Shown: positions 20,861-30,222 of the stretch, in pieces | Layout: the number at the start of each line of letters is the position of its first letter | Numbering within the stretch: position 1 is the first letter of the stretch | NCBI GenBank assembly: GCA_021802045.1 | Contig: JAKABB010000002.1 | Location: 17,681-81,680 of the forward strand | Direction: 5' to 3' | DNA length: 64,000 nt | Source: a bacterium | GTDB lineage: Bacteria; Chloroflexota; Dormibacteria; Aeolococcales; Bog-877 | Position numbers and translations under genes: made by a program | The notes under the pieces: model-generated | The model's database searches: none | What the model was told of the DNA's origin: nothing | The model's input: the letters and a program-made list of their open reading frames with translations, nothing else

Positions 20861-22174
20861 ATGAGGCGCGCCAGTCCCCGCTCGCGGGATGGGCCGGCCG
20901 CGGTCGGGGTGCGCGCGGTCGGGGTCGACGTGACCGCGGTCGCCAGGATCGCGGCCCTCCTGGAACGCCAGCCGCGCTTCCGGGTGCGGTGCTTCACCGC
21001 CGGCGAGGCCGCAACCTGCGGCCGGCGGCCGGAGCGCTGGGCCAGCCGCTGGGCCGCCAAGGAAGCGGTGCGCAAGGTCTACGGGCGCATGGGTTGGCGG
21101 ATTCCCGCGTACCGCGCGATCGAAGTGGTGCGTCCCCGCGGCCAGGCGCCGGTGGTGGCGGTCAACGGAGGGCTGGTGCCGGGGCTGGAGATCAGCTTGA
21201 CCCACGACGCAGGGGTCGCGATCGCGATAGCGGCCCTGGGCGGGCTGGAGCCGCCGGGGAGCGCCGCCCCGCCGTCGCAGGCCTCCATCCCCCTCGACCT
21301 CCGCCTGCCCGACCGCCCGGCCCAGAGCCACAAGGGCACCTACGGCACGGTGCTCGTGGTGGCCGGCGGGGGCAGCTTCCCCGGGGCGGCGGCGCTGTGT
21401 GCCCTGGGTGCGCTCCGGGGCGGCGCGGGCAAGGTCGCCTGCGCGACGCCCCTGGGCCCCGGGGGCGTCGCGGCCTTCCCCGCCGAGGTGATCCTGCGCC
21501 TCCTGCCGGTAGAGGGGGGTGGGGGCGTCGGCGCCGCGGCGGTATCCGCGCTGGGCGAGGACCTCGCCGGGGCGGCCGCCGTCGTCTGCGGCCCGGGGCT
21601 GGGGCAGGCGGCCCCGACCGCCGCCTTCCTGGCGGCGCTCATGCGGGACGTCCGGCCGGGCTGCCCGCTGGTCCTTGACGCCGATGCTCTCAACCTCTGC
21701 GCCCGGGACCCCGACCTGCGGGCGCTGATCCCGGCGGGCGCCATCCTCACCCCCCACCCGGCCGAGATGGGGCGGCTGCTCGGGCTCTCGACCGCGGCCA
21801 TCCAGGCGGATCGCGCGTCGGCGGCGGGCACCCTTGCGCGCGAGGTGGCGGGGGTGGTTGTGCTCAAGGGGGCTGGCACCGTCATCGCCGACGCCGGCGG
21901 TCGCAGGGCCGTCGACCCACATGCGACGGCGGTCCTGGCCACCGGCGGCACCGGTGACGTACTGGCCGGACTCATCGCCGCTCTCGCCGCCCAGGGATTG
22001 GCCCCCTTCGAGGCGGCCCGGGCGGGGGTGTTCCTCCATGGCGAGGCCGGTGCGATCCTGGAGCGCGAGCGTGGCCGGGCCGGCCTCCTGGCCAGCGAGG
22101 TGGCTGACGCCTGTGTCGGGGCCCAGGAGACGGTGCGACGGGCCCAGGCCGGTCTGGGGCCCGCCGCCTGCTGA
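20861..22174 (+). CDS. fusion protein: holo-ACP synthase (AcpS) N-terminal domain + ADP-dependent NAD(P)H-hydrate dehydratase (YjeF_C) domain
   Basis: N-terminus GVDVTAVARIA...FTAGE...K.A.KEA..K is a 4'-phosphopantetheinyl transferase. C-terminus GTYGTVLVVAGGGSFPGAAAL...VLKGAGTVIA...TGGTGDVLAGLIAAL is a carbohydrate-kinase-like NnrD domain. Confidence 0.75.
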   Translation: MRRASPRSRDGPAAVGVRAVGVDVTAVARIAALLERQPRFRVRCFTAGEAATCGRRPERWASRWAAKEAVRKVYGRMGWRIPAYRAIEVVRPRGQAPVVAVNGGLVPGLEISLTHDAGVAIAIAALGGLEPPGSAAPPSQASIPLDLRLPDRPAQSHKGTYGTVLVVAGGGSFPGAAALCALGALRGGAGKVACATPLGPGGVAAFPAEVILRLLPVEGGGGVGAAAVSALGEDLAGAAAVVCGPGLGQAAPTAAFLAALMRDVRPGCPLVLDADALNLCARDPDLRALIPAGAILTPHPAEMGRLLGLSTAAIQADRASAAGTLAREVAGVVVLKGAGTVIADAGGRRAVDPHATAVLATGGTGDVLAGLIAALAAQGLAPFEAARAGVFLHGEAGAILERERGRAGLLASEVADACVGAQETVRRAQAGLGPAAC

Positions 22175-22177
22175 GCC

Positions 22178-24715
22178 GTGCTCACCCTCGACGCGCTGCT
22201 GGCGGCGGCGGCCCCGTACTCGCCGGCCGTGCTGTGCCGGGGGGCGCTGGAGTTCACCGAGGCCGCCTACGACTCCCGCAACGTCCGTGGTGGCGAGCTC
22301 TTCGTCGCGGTCCGCACGCCCAACGCCGACGGGCACGCCCATCTGGCCGACGCGGTGGCTGGCGGCGCCACCGGGTGCCTGGTCGAACGCGACCTGCAAC
22401 CTGAGGAGCTGGGTGTGGCCGGCGCGACGGTGGTCCGGGTGACGGACGTGCTGGCCACCCTGCGGGCGGTGGCCCGCCAGCAGCTGGGCACTCGGCGCGG
22501 GCGCGCGGTGGCGGTGGCCGGCAGCCTGGGCAAGAGCACCACCCAGGCCGCCCTGGTGGCGGCCTGGGGCGCCACCGGGGCTGAGCCCTTCGCCAATGGC
22601 GACCAGAACGACTCCTACGGGCTGCCGATCGCGCTGACGCGAGCCCCGGCCGGAGCCGCCGACTACCTGCTGGAGGTGGCCGGCACCTCCAGCGACGAGT
22701 ACCGGGAGCTGGCCACCATGATCCGGCCCGAGGTCGTCTGCCTGGTCGGGGCGGTTGATGCGGAGGCCCTCTACTGGCGGCGGCGGGCGGCGGCGGTCCG
22801 GGACTTCGGGTTGCTGGCCGGCCCCGGCAGCGTGCTGGTCGCTCCCATCGACGAACCCGATCTGGCCGCCGCCGGCCGGGCCGACCGCCTGCTCACCTTC
22901 GGGGGGGCGGGCAGCGGGGCGAGCGTCGAGGTCAGCGGCGCTCCGCTCCCGGACGGGGCCGGGACCCGCTGCGTGGTCCGGGACCCTGGCGGGGCGCAGA
23001 CGGTGGTGGTGCCCCTGCTCGGGCCGGCGGCGCTCCGAGCGGTGGGCGCCGCCGCCACCACCCTCCTGGCCCTCGGCCTGCCGCTCGAGCGAGGGATCCA
23101 GGCCTTGGCCGCGATGGTCCCGCCGCCGGGCCGGGTCCGGCGGCTCGCGGGCGCGCGCGTGCGCTGGGTGCTGGACGACACCGTGGACGCGACCCCGGCG
23201 GCGACGGTGCACGCGCTGCGGGTCCTGCAGAGCCTGCCCCGACCGCGGGTGGCCGTGCTGGGCGAGTTCAGCCGGCGGCCCCTGCGCCGCGGCGAGCGGG
23301 CCGCACTGCGGGCGGGCCTCCAGACCCTGGATGGCCTGGTGCTCTACCGGCCGGGGGAGTGGTCGGCGGCGATGGCCGCCGGGACCGCCCGGCCTGCAGG
23401 CCGGGGGCGGGTGGCGCCGGCCGAGACCGTGTCCGAGGCGGTGGCGGCCGCTGACGAACTGGTTCGCGAGGCGATGGGCGCCGCTAGAGGGCCAAGCGGC
23501 TCGATCCTGGTCAAGGCCCTGGGCTCCCGGGCGGCGGAGCGGATCACGGCGGGCCTGGCCGCCCCCGGGGCGGCCCTGGTGCGCCAGGACCCGGGCCACC
23601 GCGCCCTCCCGTTCACCTCCCGGCTCCGCCCCACCTGGGTGGAGATCGACGTGGCCGCCCTCGGCGCCAACGTGGCCGAGGTGGCGGCGGCCGTGCGGCC
23701 GGCGGCGCTCATGGCCGTGGTCAAGGCGGACGGCTACGGGCACGGCGCGCTCCAGGTCGCGCGGACCGCGCTCCGCCACGGCGCGGAGTGGGTCGCCGTC
23801 GCCACCGTGGCCGAGGGCCTGGCCCTGCGCCATGGCGGGATCGACGCCCCGTGCCTGGTGCTGGGCCACACCCCCGCCTGGCAGGTCGCGACCGCCGTGG
23901 ACGCCGGGCTGACGGTGACCGTCTTCGACCCCGACGTGCTGCGGGCGCTGGACGGGGCTGGCCGCCGACGGGGGCTGGCGGCCGAGGCCCACGTCAAGGT
24001 GGACACGGGCATGAGCCGTCTGGGACTGCGCCCGGAGGCCGTTGGGCCGTTCGTGGCCCAGGCTCGCTCCCTCCGCGGCGTCAGCCTCAGCGGCTGCTAC
24101 ACCCACCTGCGGCGGGGCGAGGATGCTCCCACCACCCGCCGGCAGCTGGCGCGGTTCCGGGCCGCCCTGGACGGTGCGGCCGTGGTTGGCCATGGGTTCC
24201 GGTGGGTCCACGCCGCCAACAGCGCGGGCTGGCACACCGTCCCCGAGGCCCGGCTGACCCTGGTCCGCTCGGGCATTGAACTGTTGGGCCTGCGAACGCC
24301 GGACGGTCGCCGGCGCCGGCCGGTGCTCCAGTTCAAGACTCGGATCGCGCAGGTTCGAGAGATCGGACGGGGGACGGCGGTCGGCTACGGCACTGTCTTC
24401 ACCGCTCCCCACCGCATGCGGCTGGCCACGATCCCTGTGGGCTACGGGGATGGGTTTCGGCGCGGTCCCCGGCATTGGGGCGAGGTCCTGGTCCGGGGCC
24501 GGCCGGCTCCGATCGTGGGGGCCGTGTGCATGGACCTCACCATGATCGATGTCAGTGACGTGCCGGCAGCGGCGGTGGGGGACCACGTGGTCCTGATCGG
24601 GCGGCAGGGGACCCTTGAGCTGAGCGCGGAGATGGTGGCTGAGCGCCTGGGGACCAGCAACTACGAGGTGGTGGCCCAGATCCTCCCCCGGGTGCCCCGC
24701 GAGCCGCTGGGCTGA
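22178..24715 (+). CDS. fusion protein: MurF-like Mur ligase domain + alanine racemase domain
   Basis: The N-terminal ~470 aa carry MurF motifs (DSR.V.GGELFVAV...DGH, AVAGSLGKSTT, LDDTVDATP). The C-terminal ~370 aa are a PLP-dependent alanine racemase (VKADGYGHG, ...GAVCMDLTMIDVSD). Confidence 0.75.
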   Translation: MLTLDALLAAAAPYSPAVLCRGALEFTEAAYDSRNVRGGELFVAVRTPNADGHAHLADAVAGGATGCLVERDLQPEELGVAGATVVRVTDVLATLRAVARQQLGTRRGRAVAVAGSLGKSTTQAALVAAWGATGAEPFANGDQNDSYGLPIALTRAPAGAADYLLEVAGTSSDEYRELATMIRPEVVCLVGAVDAEALYWRRRAAAVRDFGLLAGPGSVLVAPIDEPDLAAAGRADRLLTFGGAGSGASVEVSGAPLPDGAGTRCVVRDPGGAQTVVVPLLGPAALRAVGAAATTLLALGLPLERGIQALAAMVPPPGRVRRLAGARVRWVLDDTVDATPAATVHALRVLQSLPRPRVAVLGEFSRRPLRRGERAALRAGLQTLDGLVLYRPGEWSAAMAAGTARPAGRGRVAPAETVSEAVAAADELVREAMGAARGPSGSILVKALGSRAAERITAGLAAPGAALVRQDPGHRALPFTSRLRPTWVEIDVAALGANVAEVAAAVRPAALMAVVKADGYGHGALQVARTALRHGAEWVAVATVAEGLALRHGGIDAPCLVLGHTPAWQVATAVDAGLTVTVFDPDVLRALDGAGRRRGLAAEAHVKVDTGMSRLGLRPEAVGPFVAQARSLRGVSLSGCYTHLRRGEDAPTTRRQLARFRAALDGAAVVGHGFRWVHAANSAGWHTVPEARLTLVRSGIELLGLRTPDGRRRRPVLQFKTRIAQVREIGRGTAVGYGTVFTAPHRMRLATIPVGYGDGFRRGPRHWGEVLVRGRPAPIVGAVCMDLTMIDVSDVPAAAVGDHVVLIGRQGTLELSAEMVAERLGTSNYEVVAQILPRVPREPLG

Positions 24716-24762
24716 GCCGGCCAGGGTCCTGAGGTGACCGGGCGCGCTCGTACACTGGGAGG

Positions 24763-25446
24763 GTGGCCGACGCGTTCTCGACGGGCTGGGCGCGGCGGGC
24801 GCGCCTCGCGGCGGTCCGCCTGTACCTGGTGACCGACGATGCCACCCCGGCCGGCCGGCTGCCGTCGGTGGTCCGGGCCGCGGTGGCAGGAGGCGTGGAC
24901 GCCGTCCAGCTCCGCCGCAAGGGCGTCCCCTGGCCCGAACTGGTGCCGCTGGCGCGGGCCTGCCGGCGCGCCGCGCACGAAGGGGGTGCCCTCTTCTTCG
25001 TCAACGACCACGTCGAGCTGGCGCTGGAGGTCGACGCCGACGGTGTCCACCTCGGGCAGGAGGACCAGCCCCTGGCAGCGGCGCGAGCCCGAGTGGGGGC
25101 GGCGCGGCTCCTGGGCGCCTCCACCCATGCCGCGGTCCAGGCGGCCGCGGCGGTCGCGGGCGGCGCGGACTACGTCGCCGCGGGCCCGGTGCATGCCACC
25201 CCCACCAAAGCCGGGCGCCCAGCGGTCGGCCTCGGCTACGTGACGGCGGCCGCCGCCATCGCGACCTGCCCGGTGGTGGCGATCGGCGGGCTGGACCTGG
25301 GCAATGCCGCCGCCGCCATCGGCGCGGGCGCCGACGCGGTGGCGGTGGTGCGGGCCATCTGCGCCGCCCCGGACCCGGGAGCGGCGGCGGCCAACCTCCG
25401 GCGCGAGCTGCTGGCCGCGGCGGCCACGGGGGTGGCGACCCGGTGA
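24763..25446 (+). CDS. thiE: thiamine-phosphate synthase
   Basis: Contains RLYLVTDD and GADYV...G motifs. 227 aa. Confidence 0.85.
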   Translation: MADAFSTGWARRARLAAVRLYLVTDDATPAGRLPSVVRAAVAGGVDAVQLRRKGVPWPELVPLARACRRAAHEGGALFFVNDHVELALEVDADGVHLGQEDQPLAAARARVGAARLLGASTHAAVQAAAAVAGGADYVAAGPVHATPTKAGRPAVGLGYVTAAAAIATCPVVAIGGLDLGNAAAAIGAGADAVAVVRAICAAPDPGAAAANLRRELLAAAATGVATR

Positions 25447-25661
25447 ACGAGCATGGGGCGGTCGAGGTGATGGCCAACGGGGAACCGCGCTCGGTCCCGG
25501 CCGGGAGCACGGTGGCGGCGCTCCTGGAGCGGCTGGCGGTGGACCCTGCGACCGTGGTGGTGGAACGGAACGGGACGATCCTGCGCGGCCCGGCGCTGGG
25601 CCAGGTCGTGCTGGAGCCCGGTGATGTGCTCGAGATCGTCCACTTCGTGGGAGGAGGCTGA
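25443..25661 (+). CDS. thiS: sulfur carrier protein ThiS
   Basis: ~70 aa ubiquitin-like protein ending in GG. Sits between thiE and thiG. Confidence 0.7.
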   Translation: MNEHGAVEVMANGEPRSVPAGSTVAALLERLAVDPATVVVERNGTILRGPALGQVVLEPGDVLEIVHFVGGG

Positions 25662-25662
25662 G

Positions 25663-26520
25663 ATGCCCAAGGACCTCATGGCCGCGCCTGCCGACCCGCA
25701 GGCGCCGGCGCAACCGGGCGGCGCCGACGACCGGTTGCGCATCGGCGACCGGGTGCTGACCTCGCGGCTCATCCACGGGACCGGACGCTTCCCCTCGAGC
25801 GCGGTCCTGGCCGCCTGCATCGCGGCGGCCGGCCCGGGCATGCTGACCGTGGCCGTTCGCCGCCTGCACCTCGACGGCGACCGTCGCTCGGAGCTCGAGG
25901 GGCTGGACCTTCGCCGCTATCCGCTGCTCCCCAACACCGCCGGCGCGCGGACCGCGGCCGAGGCGGTGCGCCTGGCGCGGTTGGGGCGCGCCGCCGGCCT
26001 GTCGGACTGGGTCAAGGTGGAGGTGGTCGGCGACCCCGACACCCTGCTGCCGGATCCGGTGGAGACCCTGGAGGCGACTCGCCAGCTGGTGGCGGAGGGC
26101 TTCACGGTGCTGCCCTACACCAGCGACGACGTGGTGCTGGCGTTCCGTCTGGCGGAGGCCGGCGCGGCGGCGGTGATGCCGGGCGCGGCCCCCATCGGCA
26201 CCACCCTGGGGGTCCAGAATATCCACAACCTTCGCCTGATCATTGCCCGCTGCCCGGTACCCGTCATCGTCGACGCCGGCCTTGGGGTGCCCTCCGATGC
26301 GACCCGCGTCATGGAGTGGGGGGCGGCCGGCGTCCTGGTCAACACCGCCATCGCCCGGGCCGGCGACCCCGTGGCCATGGCGGCGGCCTTCGCCGGCGGC
26401 ATCGCCGCCGGCCGGGCGGCCCACCGCGCTGGACCGGCGGAGTGGCGGGCAGGCGGTCACGGGGCCAGCTCCCCGGCGTCCGGCCTGCCCACCGCTCCGA
26501 ACACCCCGTCGGCGCCCTGA
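25663..26520 (+). CDS. thiG: thiazole synthase
   Basis: ATG at 25663 is preceded by GGAGGAGG. Conserved ThiG TIM-barrel sequence (...SRL.HGTG.F.S...LPNTAG...). Confidence 0.9.
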   Translation: MPKDLMAAPADPQAPAQPGGADDRLRIGDRVLTSRLIHGTGRFPSSAVLAACIAAAGPGMLTVAVRRLHLDGDRRSELEGLDLRRYPLLPNTAGARTAAEAVRLARLGRAAGLSDWVKVEVVGDPDTLLPDPVETLEATRQLVAEGFTVLPYTSDDVVLAFRLAEAGAAAVMPGAAPIGTTLGVQNIHNLRLIIARCPVPVIVDAGLGVPSDATRVMEWGAAGVLVNTAIARAGDPVAMAAAFAGGIAAGRAAHRAGPAEWRAGGHGASSPASGLPTAPNTPSAP

Positions 26521-26558
26521 CCCCTCCTGCCCCGCCCATCGGACGGGATCGCTGGTCG

Positions 26559-27572
26559 GTGCCGGGCCCGACCCTGGCCGAGGTGGGGGAGGAGGCCCTG
26601 CTCCGGGAGTTGATCCGGGCGACGGCCGGTGGCGCGGCCGCCCTGCCGGTGCCCGCCGGGGACGACGCGGCGGCGTGGCGCCCGCCGCCGGGCGAGCTGG
26701 TGGTGGTCACGACCGACACCATCGTCGAGGACATCGACTTCCGGCGCCGCTACCAGGGTCCCTGGGAGGTGGGCTGGAAGGCCTACGCCGTCTGCGTCTC
26801 CGATCTGGCGGCGATGGGGGCGCGACCTGGCTTGGTGGTGATGGCGGCGGCCGCCCCGGGCTCGACCACGGCCGCCGCCCTGACCGACATCCAGATGGGC
26901 CTGCTCGCCGCCGCCGCTGCCGATGGCACCTTGGTCGCCGGAGGGGACCTCAGCGCGACGATGGGTCCGCTGGTGGTGACGGTGACGGCCGTGGGCTCGG
27001 TGGACGAGGCCCGCTGTCTGCGCCGCTCCGCGGCCAGGCCCGGGGACCTGGTCGTCGTGACCGGCGCCTTCGGCGGGGCCGCCGCCGCCCTCGGGGCGCT
27101 GGAGGCCGGGACCGAGCCGCCGCCGGCCTGGGGCGAGCGACTGCGGCTGCCGCGGCCACGCCTCTCCTGCGGCGCGCGCCTGGGCGCGCTGGGCGTCCGG
27201 GCCGCAGTGGACTGCAGCGACGGCCTGCTCGTGGACCTGGGCCGGCTGGCCAGCGCCAGCGATTGCGGGGCCGACCTCTGGCTTGACCGCGTCCCGACCG
27301 CGCCCGGGCTGTCGGCGACGGGGGACGCGCGGGTCCGGGACCTGGTGCTGGGCGGCGGCGAGGACTTCGAGCTGATCGCCGCCGCCCCGCCGGCGCTGGT
27401 GGAGCGGGCCCTGGCCGCCTGGCCACGGACTGACCCCCCCCTGCACGTGGTCGGGCGCGTGCAGTCCGAGGGTGGCGTTCGGGTCCTGGCGCGTGAGGGG
27501 GGTGAGGAGCTGACGCTGACGGGAGGCGGCGGCTACCAGCATTTCCAGCCCCGGCCGGTGGACGGGGCGTGA
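26559..27572 (+). CDS. thiL: thiamine-monophosphate kinase
   Basis: GTG at 26559. AIR-synthase-related fold (...VVTTDTIVEDIDF...AVCVSDLAAMGA...). The true start is uncertain. Confidence 0.75.
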   Translation: MPGPTLAEVGEEALLRELIRATAGGAAALPVPAGDDAAAWRPPPGELVVVTTDTIVEDIDFRRRYQGPWEVGWKAYAVCVSDLAAMGARPGLVVMAAAAPGSTTAAALTDIQMGLLAAAAADGTLVAGGDLSATMGPLVVTVTAVGSVDEARCLRRSAARPGDLVVVTGAFGGAAAALGALEAGTEPPPAWGERLRLPRPRLSCGARLGALGVRAAVDCSDGLLVDLGRLASASDCGADLWLDRVPTAPGLSATGDARVRDLVLGGGEDFELIAAAPPALVERALAAWPRTDPPLHVVGRVQSEGGVRVLAREGGEELTLTGGGGYQHFQPRPVDGA

Positions 27573-28021
27573 CCGCGGTGTCCCGGACCAGTGGTTCGGA
27601 GGCCGAGACCCTGGCTCTCGGCGAGCGTCTGGGGCGGTGCCTGCGAGCCGGTGACGCTGTGGCTCTCGACGGGCCCCTCGGGGCGGGCAAGACGGTGCTG
27701 GTCCGGGGGCTGGTGGCCGGGGCCGGAGCCGTGGGCGCAGTCCGCAGTCCCACCTTCGTGCTCCACGCCGTCCACCCCGGGCCCCTGCCCGTCCACCACC
27801 TGGACCTGTATCGCCTGGCCCCCTCCCTGGACCCGCGCACGCTGGGGCTCGACGAGATGCTGGAGACCGGGGCGGCCCTGGTGGAGTGGGCGGAGCGCGT
27901 GGGGCCCGACCCGCTGGGCTGGTTCAATGCCCGCTGCCGAATCTCGATCGTCGGGCCCACGGCCCGGGAGCTGGCGCTGACGGGGCCCGGGCGCCTCTGC
28001 GCGGCCTGGACCCGTGGCTGA
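27569..28021 (+). CDS. tsaE: tRNA threonylcarbamoyladenosine biosynthesis protein TsaE
   Basis: 150 aa with P-loop LDGPLGAGKTVLVRGL. Confidence 0.85.
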   Translation: MTAVSRTSGSEAETLALGERLGRCLRAGDAVALDGPLGAGKTVLVRGLVAGAGAVGAVRSPTFVLHAVHPGPLPVHHLDLYRLAPSLDPRTLGLDEMLETGAALVEWAERVGPDPLGWFNARCRISIVGPTARELALTGPGRLCAAWTRG

Positions 28022-28652
28022 AGCCCCGGCGCCGTCCGGGACCTGCTGGCTGGCGGTCGACGCGGCCACCCGCGGGGCGGTCCTGGTGGCCCTGGTCGGC
28101 GTGGACGGGGCCCTGCGCGCCGGCGGCCTGATCACGGGAGAGGAGGCGGCGCTGTCCAGGGCCGTCCGGGACGCTCTCGCCGCCGCCGGGGCGCAGCTGG
28201 GCGGCGTCGTGGCCGGGCACGGCCCCGGCTCCTACACCGGCCTGCGGGTGGGCCTGGCCGCGGCCCTGGGGGTCGCCCAGGGCCGCGGCCTGCCTCTTTG
28301 GACCGTGCCCAGCCTGCAGGTGACGGCCTGGCGGCTGGACCCGCTGGCGGACGCCTGCGTGGTGGTCCACGCCGCCGGGCGGTCAGCCCACTTCCGGCAA
28401 CGCTTCCTGGCCCGCGCGGGCCGCTGGGTCCCGTCGGCCCCGGCCCTCTGGCTGCCGCGCGGGGTGGACCCCGGGGAGGGCACGGCGGCCTGGGAGCCGG
28501 TCGTCTGGGAGCCTGAGACGCTGGGCGCGGCCCGGGGGGCCGTCCGCGACCGCCTCGGGGCCCTGGCCCGGTGTGCCCTGGCGGCGGCCGGGAGTGCGAA
28601 GCCCGTTGCGTATCATGAGGTCCACGCGGAGTACGGGATTCCCTGGACCTAG
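28014..28652 (+). CDS. tsaB: tRNA t6A biosynthesis protein TsaB (inactive Kae1 paralog)
   Basis: Contains GPGSYTGLRVGLAAALG and matches the conserved tsaE-tsaB-rimI-tsaD order. Confidence 0.8.
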   Translation: MAEAPAPSGTCWLAVDAATRGAVLVALVGVDGALRAGGLITGEEAALSRAVRDALAAAGAQLGGVVAGHGPGSYTGLRVGLAAALGVAQGRGLPLWTVPSLQVTAWRLDPLADACVVVHAAGRSAHFRQRFLARAGRWVPSAPALWLPRGVDPGEGTAAWEPVVWEPETLGAARGAVRDRLGALARCALAAAGSAKPVAYHEVHAEYGIPWT

Positions 28653-28654
28653 TC

Positions 28655-29218
28655 GTGGGCGTGATGGTTCTGATAGCCGGGCTCGCGGTCGACGCCATGC
28701 GGGCGGAGGATATCCCCGAGGTGCAGGCCATCGAGCGGGAAGTCTTCCTGACCCCGTGGCCCAAGAACGCCTATCAGCGAGAGCTGCTGCAGAACCGGGC
28801 CGCCCGCTACTTGGTCCTGCGGCAGGCCGACGTGATCCGCGGCTACGGCGGGCTGTGGCAGGTCGGTGAGGAGGCCCACGTCACCACCATCGGCGTCCGC
28901 CGGCAGGACCAGGGGCAGGGCCTGGGGCGGGCCCTGTTCGCGGCTCTGCTGTGCCAGGCCTACGAGCTCGGAGCGCGCTGGGTCACCCTGGAGGTTCGGG
29001 CCAGCAACGACGCGGCCATCCACCTCTACGAGCGGTTCCGCTTCAAGATCATCGGCCGCCGCCGCGGCTACTACACCGACGACGGGGAGGACGCCCTGGT
29101 GATGTGGAGCGACAACCTCCACGCTCCGGGCTTCAAGGAGAATTTCAGCGCCCTCCTGACCGGGCTGGATGTCGCAGGCGTCGGCTCCCCCCCGCCGGCC
29201 GAGTACCCAGTCCGGTGA
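28655..29218 (+). CDS. rimI: ribosomal-protein-alanine N-acetyltransferase (GNAT)
   Basis: GNAT acetyl-CoA motif (RQDQGQGLGRALFAALL). Position in the cluster fits. Confidence 0.75.
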   Translation: MGVMVLIAGLAVDAMRAEDIPEVQAIEREVFLTPWPKNAYQRELLQNRAARYLVLRQADVIRGYGGLWQVGEEAHVTTIGVRRQDQGQGLGRALFAALLCQAYELGARWVTLEVRASNDAAIHLYERFRFKIIGRRRGYYTDDGEDALVMWSDNLHAPGFKENFSALLTGLDVAGVGSPPPAEYPVR

Positions 29219-30222
29219 GCCTGCTGGCCATCGAGACCTCGTGCGACGAGACGGCGGCCGCGGTGGTCGGCCCCGACCTGTCAATCCACAGCTCGATCGT
29301 CGCGTCCCAGGCGGCCGCCCACGCGGCCTATGGGGGCGTGGTCCCCGAACTCGCGGCCCGCATGCACCTGGAGCGGATCGCCGAGGTGACGGCGGCCGCG
29401 CTGGCGGCGGCGCCTGGCGGCTGGGGCGGTATCACCGGTGTGGCCGTCACCCGGGGCCCCGGCCTGGCCGGCTGCCTGCTGGTGGGCACCGCCTACGCCG
29501 ACGCCCTGGCGGGAGCCCGGGGGCTGCCGGTGGTCGGGGTCAGCCACATGGCGGGGCACGTCTGGGCCGCGCAGCTGGCCGACCCGGCCCTCCGGCCTCC
29601 GTTCGTGGCGCTGGTGGTGAGCGGGGGCCATACCGAGCTCATCCACGTCGAGGCCCCGGGGGCCGTCCGCCTGCTGGGGGCCACCCGGGACGACGCGGTG
29701 GGGGAGGCGTTCGACAAGGTGGCCCGGCTGCTGGGACTGCCCTACCCCGGCGGCCCGGCCATCGACGTCAGCGCCCGCACCGGCAACCCTGCCCGCCACC
29801 GCCTGCCGCGTCCGATCCTGCCCGATTTCGGCTTCTCGTTCAGCGGGCTGAAGACCGCGGTGCGCTACCTGCTCGACGACCTGCGGGTGGGGGACCAGCC
29901 CCTCGCCACGACGGCCCAGGCCGATGTCGCCGCCAGCTTCCAGGCGGCCGCGGTCGACACCCTCTGCACCCAGCTGGAGGCCGCCATCGAGTACACCGGG
30001 GCGCCCAGGGCGATCATCGTCGGGGGGGTGGCCAGCAACCGCAGCCTGCGAGAGGAGGCGGCCCGGCGCTGCCGGGGGCTGGCCGAGCTGACCATCCCGC
30101 CACCCGCCCTGTGCACCGACAACGCCGCCATGGTGGGCGCCGCGGGCTGGGAGATCGTCCGGCGCCGCGGCTTCGATGACGGACCGCTGTCGGTGGACCC
30201 GGGCCTGGCCAGCTACATCTGA
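29215..30222 (+). CDS. tsaD: tRNA N6-adenosine threonylcarbamoyltransferase
   Basis: GTG at 29215 overlaps the rimI stop. Starts LAIETSCDETA and carries the HMAGH metal motif. Confidence 0.9.
   Translation: MSLLAIETSCDETAAAVVGPDLSIHSSIVASQAAAHAAYGGVVPELAARMHLERIAEVTAAALAAAPGGWGGITGVAVTRGPGLAGCLLVGTAYADALAGARGLPVVGVSHMAGHVWAAQLADPALRPPFVALVVSGGHTELIHVEAPGAVRLLGATRDDAVGEAFDKVARLLGLPYPGGPAIDVSARTGNPARHRLPRPILPDFGFSFSGLKTAVRYLLDDLRVGDQPLATTAQADVAASFQAAAVDTLCTQLEAAIEYTGAPRAIIVGGVASNRSLREEAARRCRGLAELTIPPPALCTDNAAMVGAAGWEIVRRRGFDDGPLSVDPGLASYI

Noticed and set aside
20846-24586. 1246-aa minus-strand ORF
   Set aside because: Antisense to glmS, the acpS-nnr fusion and the murF-alr fusion. It has low-complexity RGP-rich content, whereas the plus-strand genes have clear domains.
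24660-24800. TPP riboswitch before thiE
   Set aside because: GGGTGCCC and CTGAG-like fragments occur, but they are inside the alr coding sequence. The pyrimidine-sensor helix consensus (…CUGAUC.GG.UAAU.CC.GCG.AGGGA) is absent.
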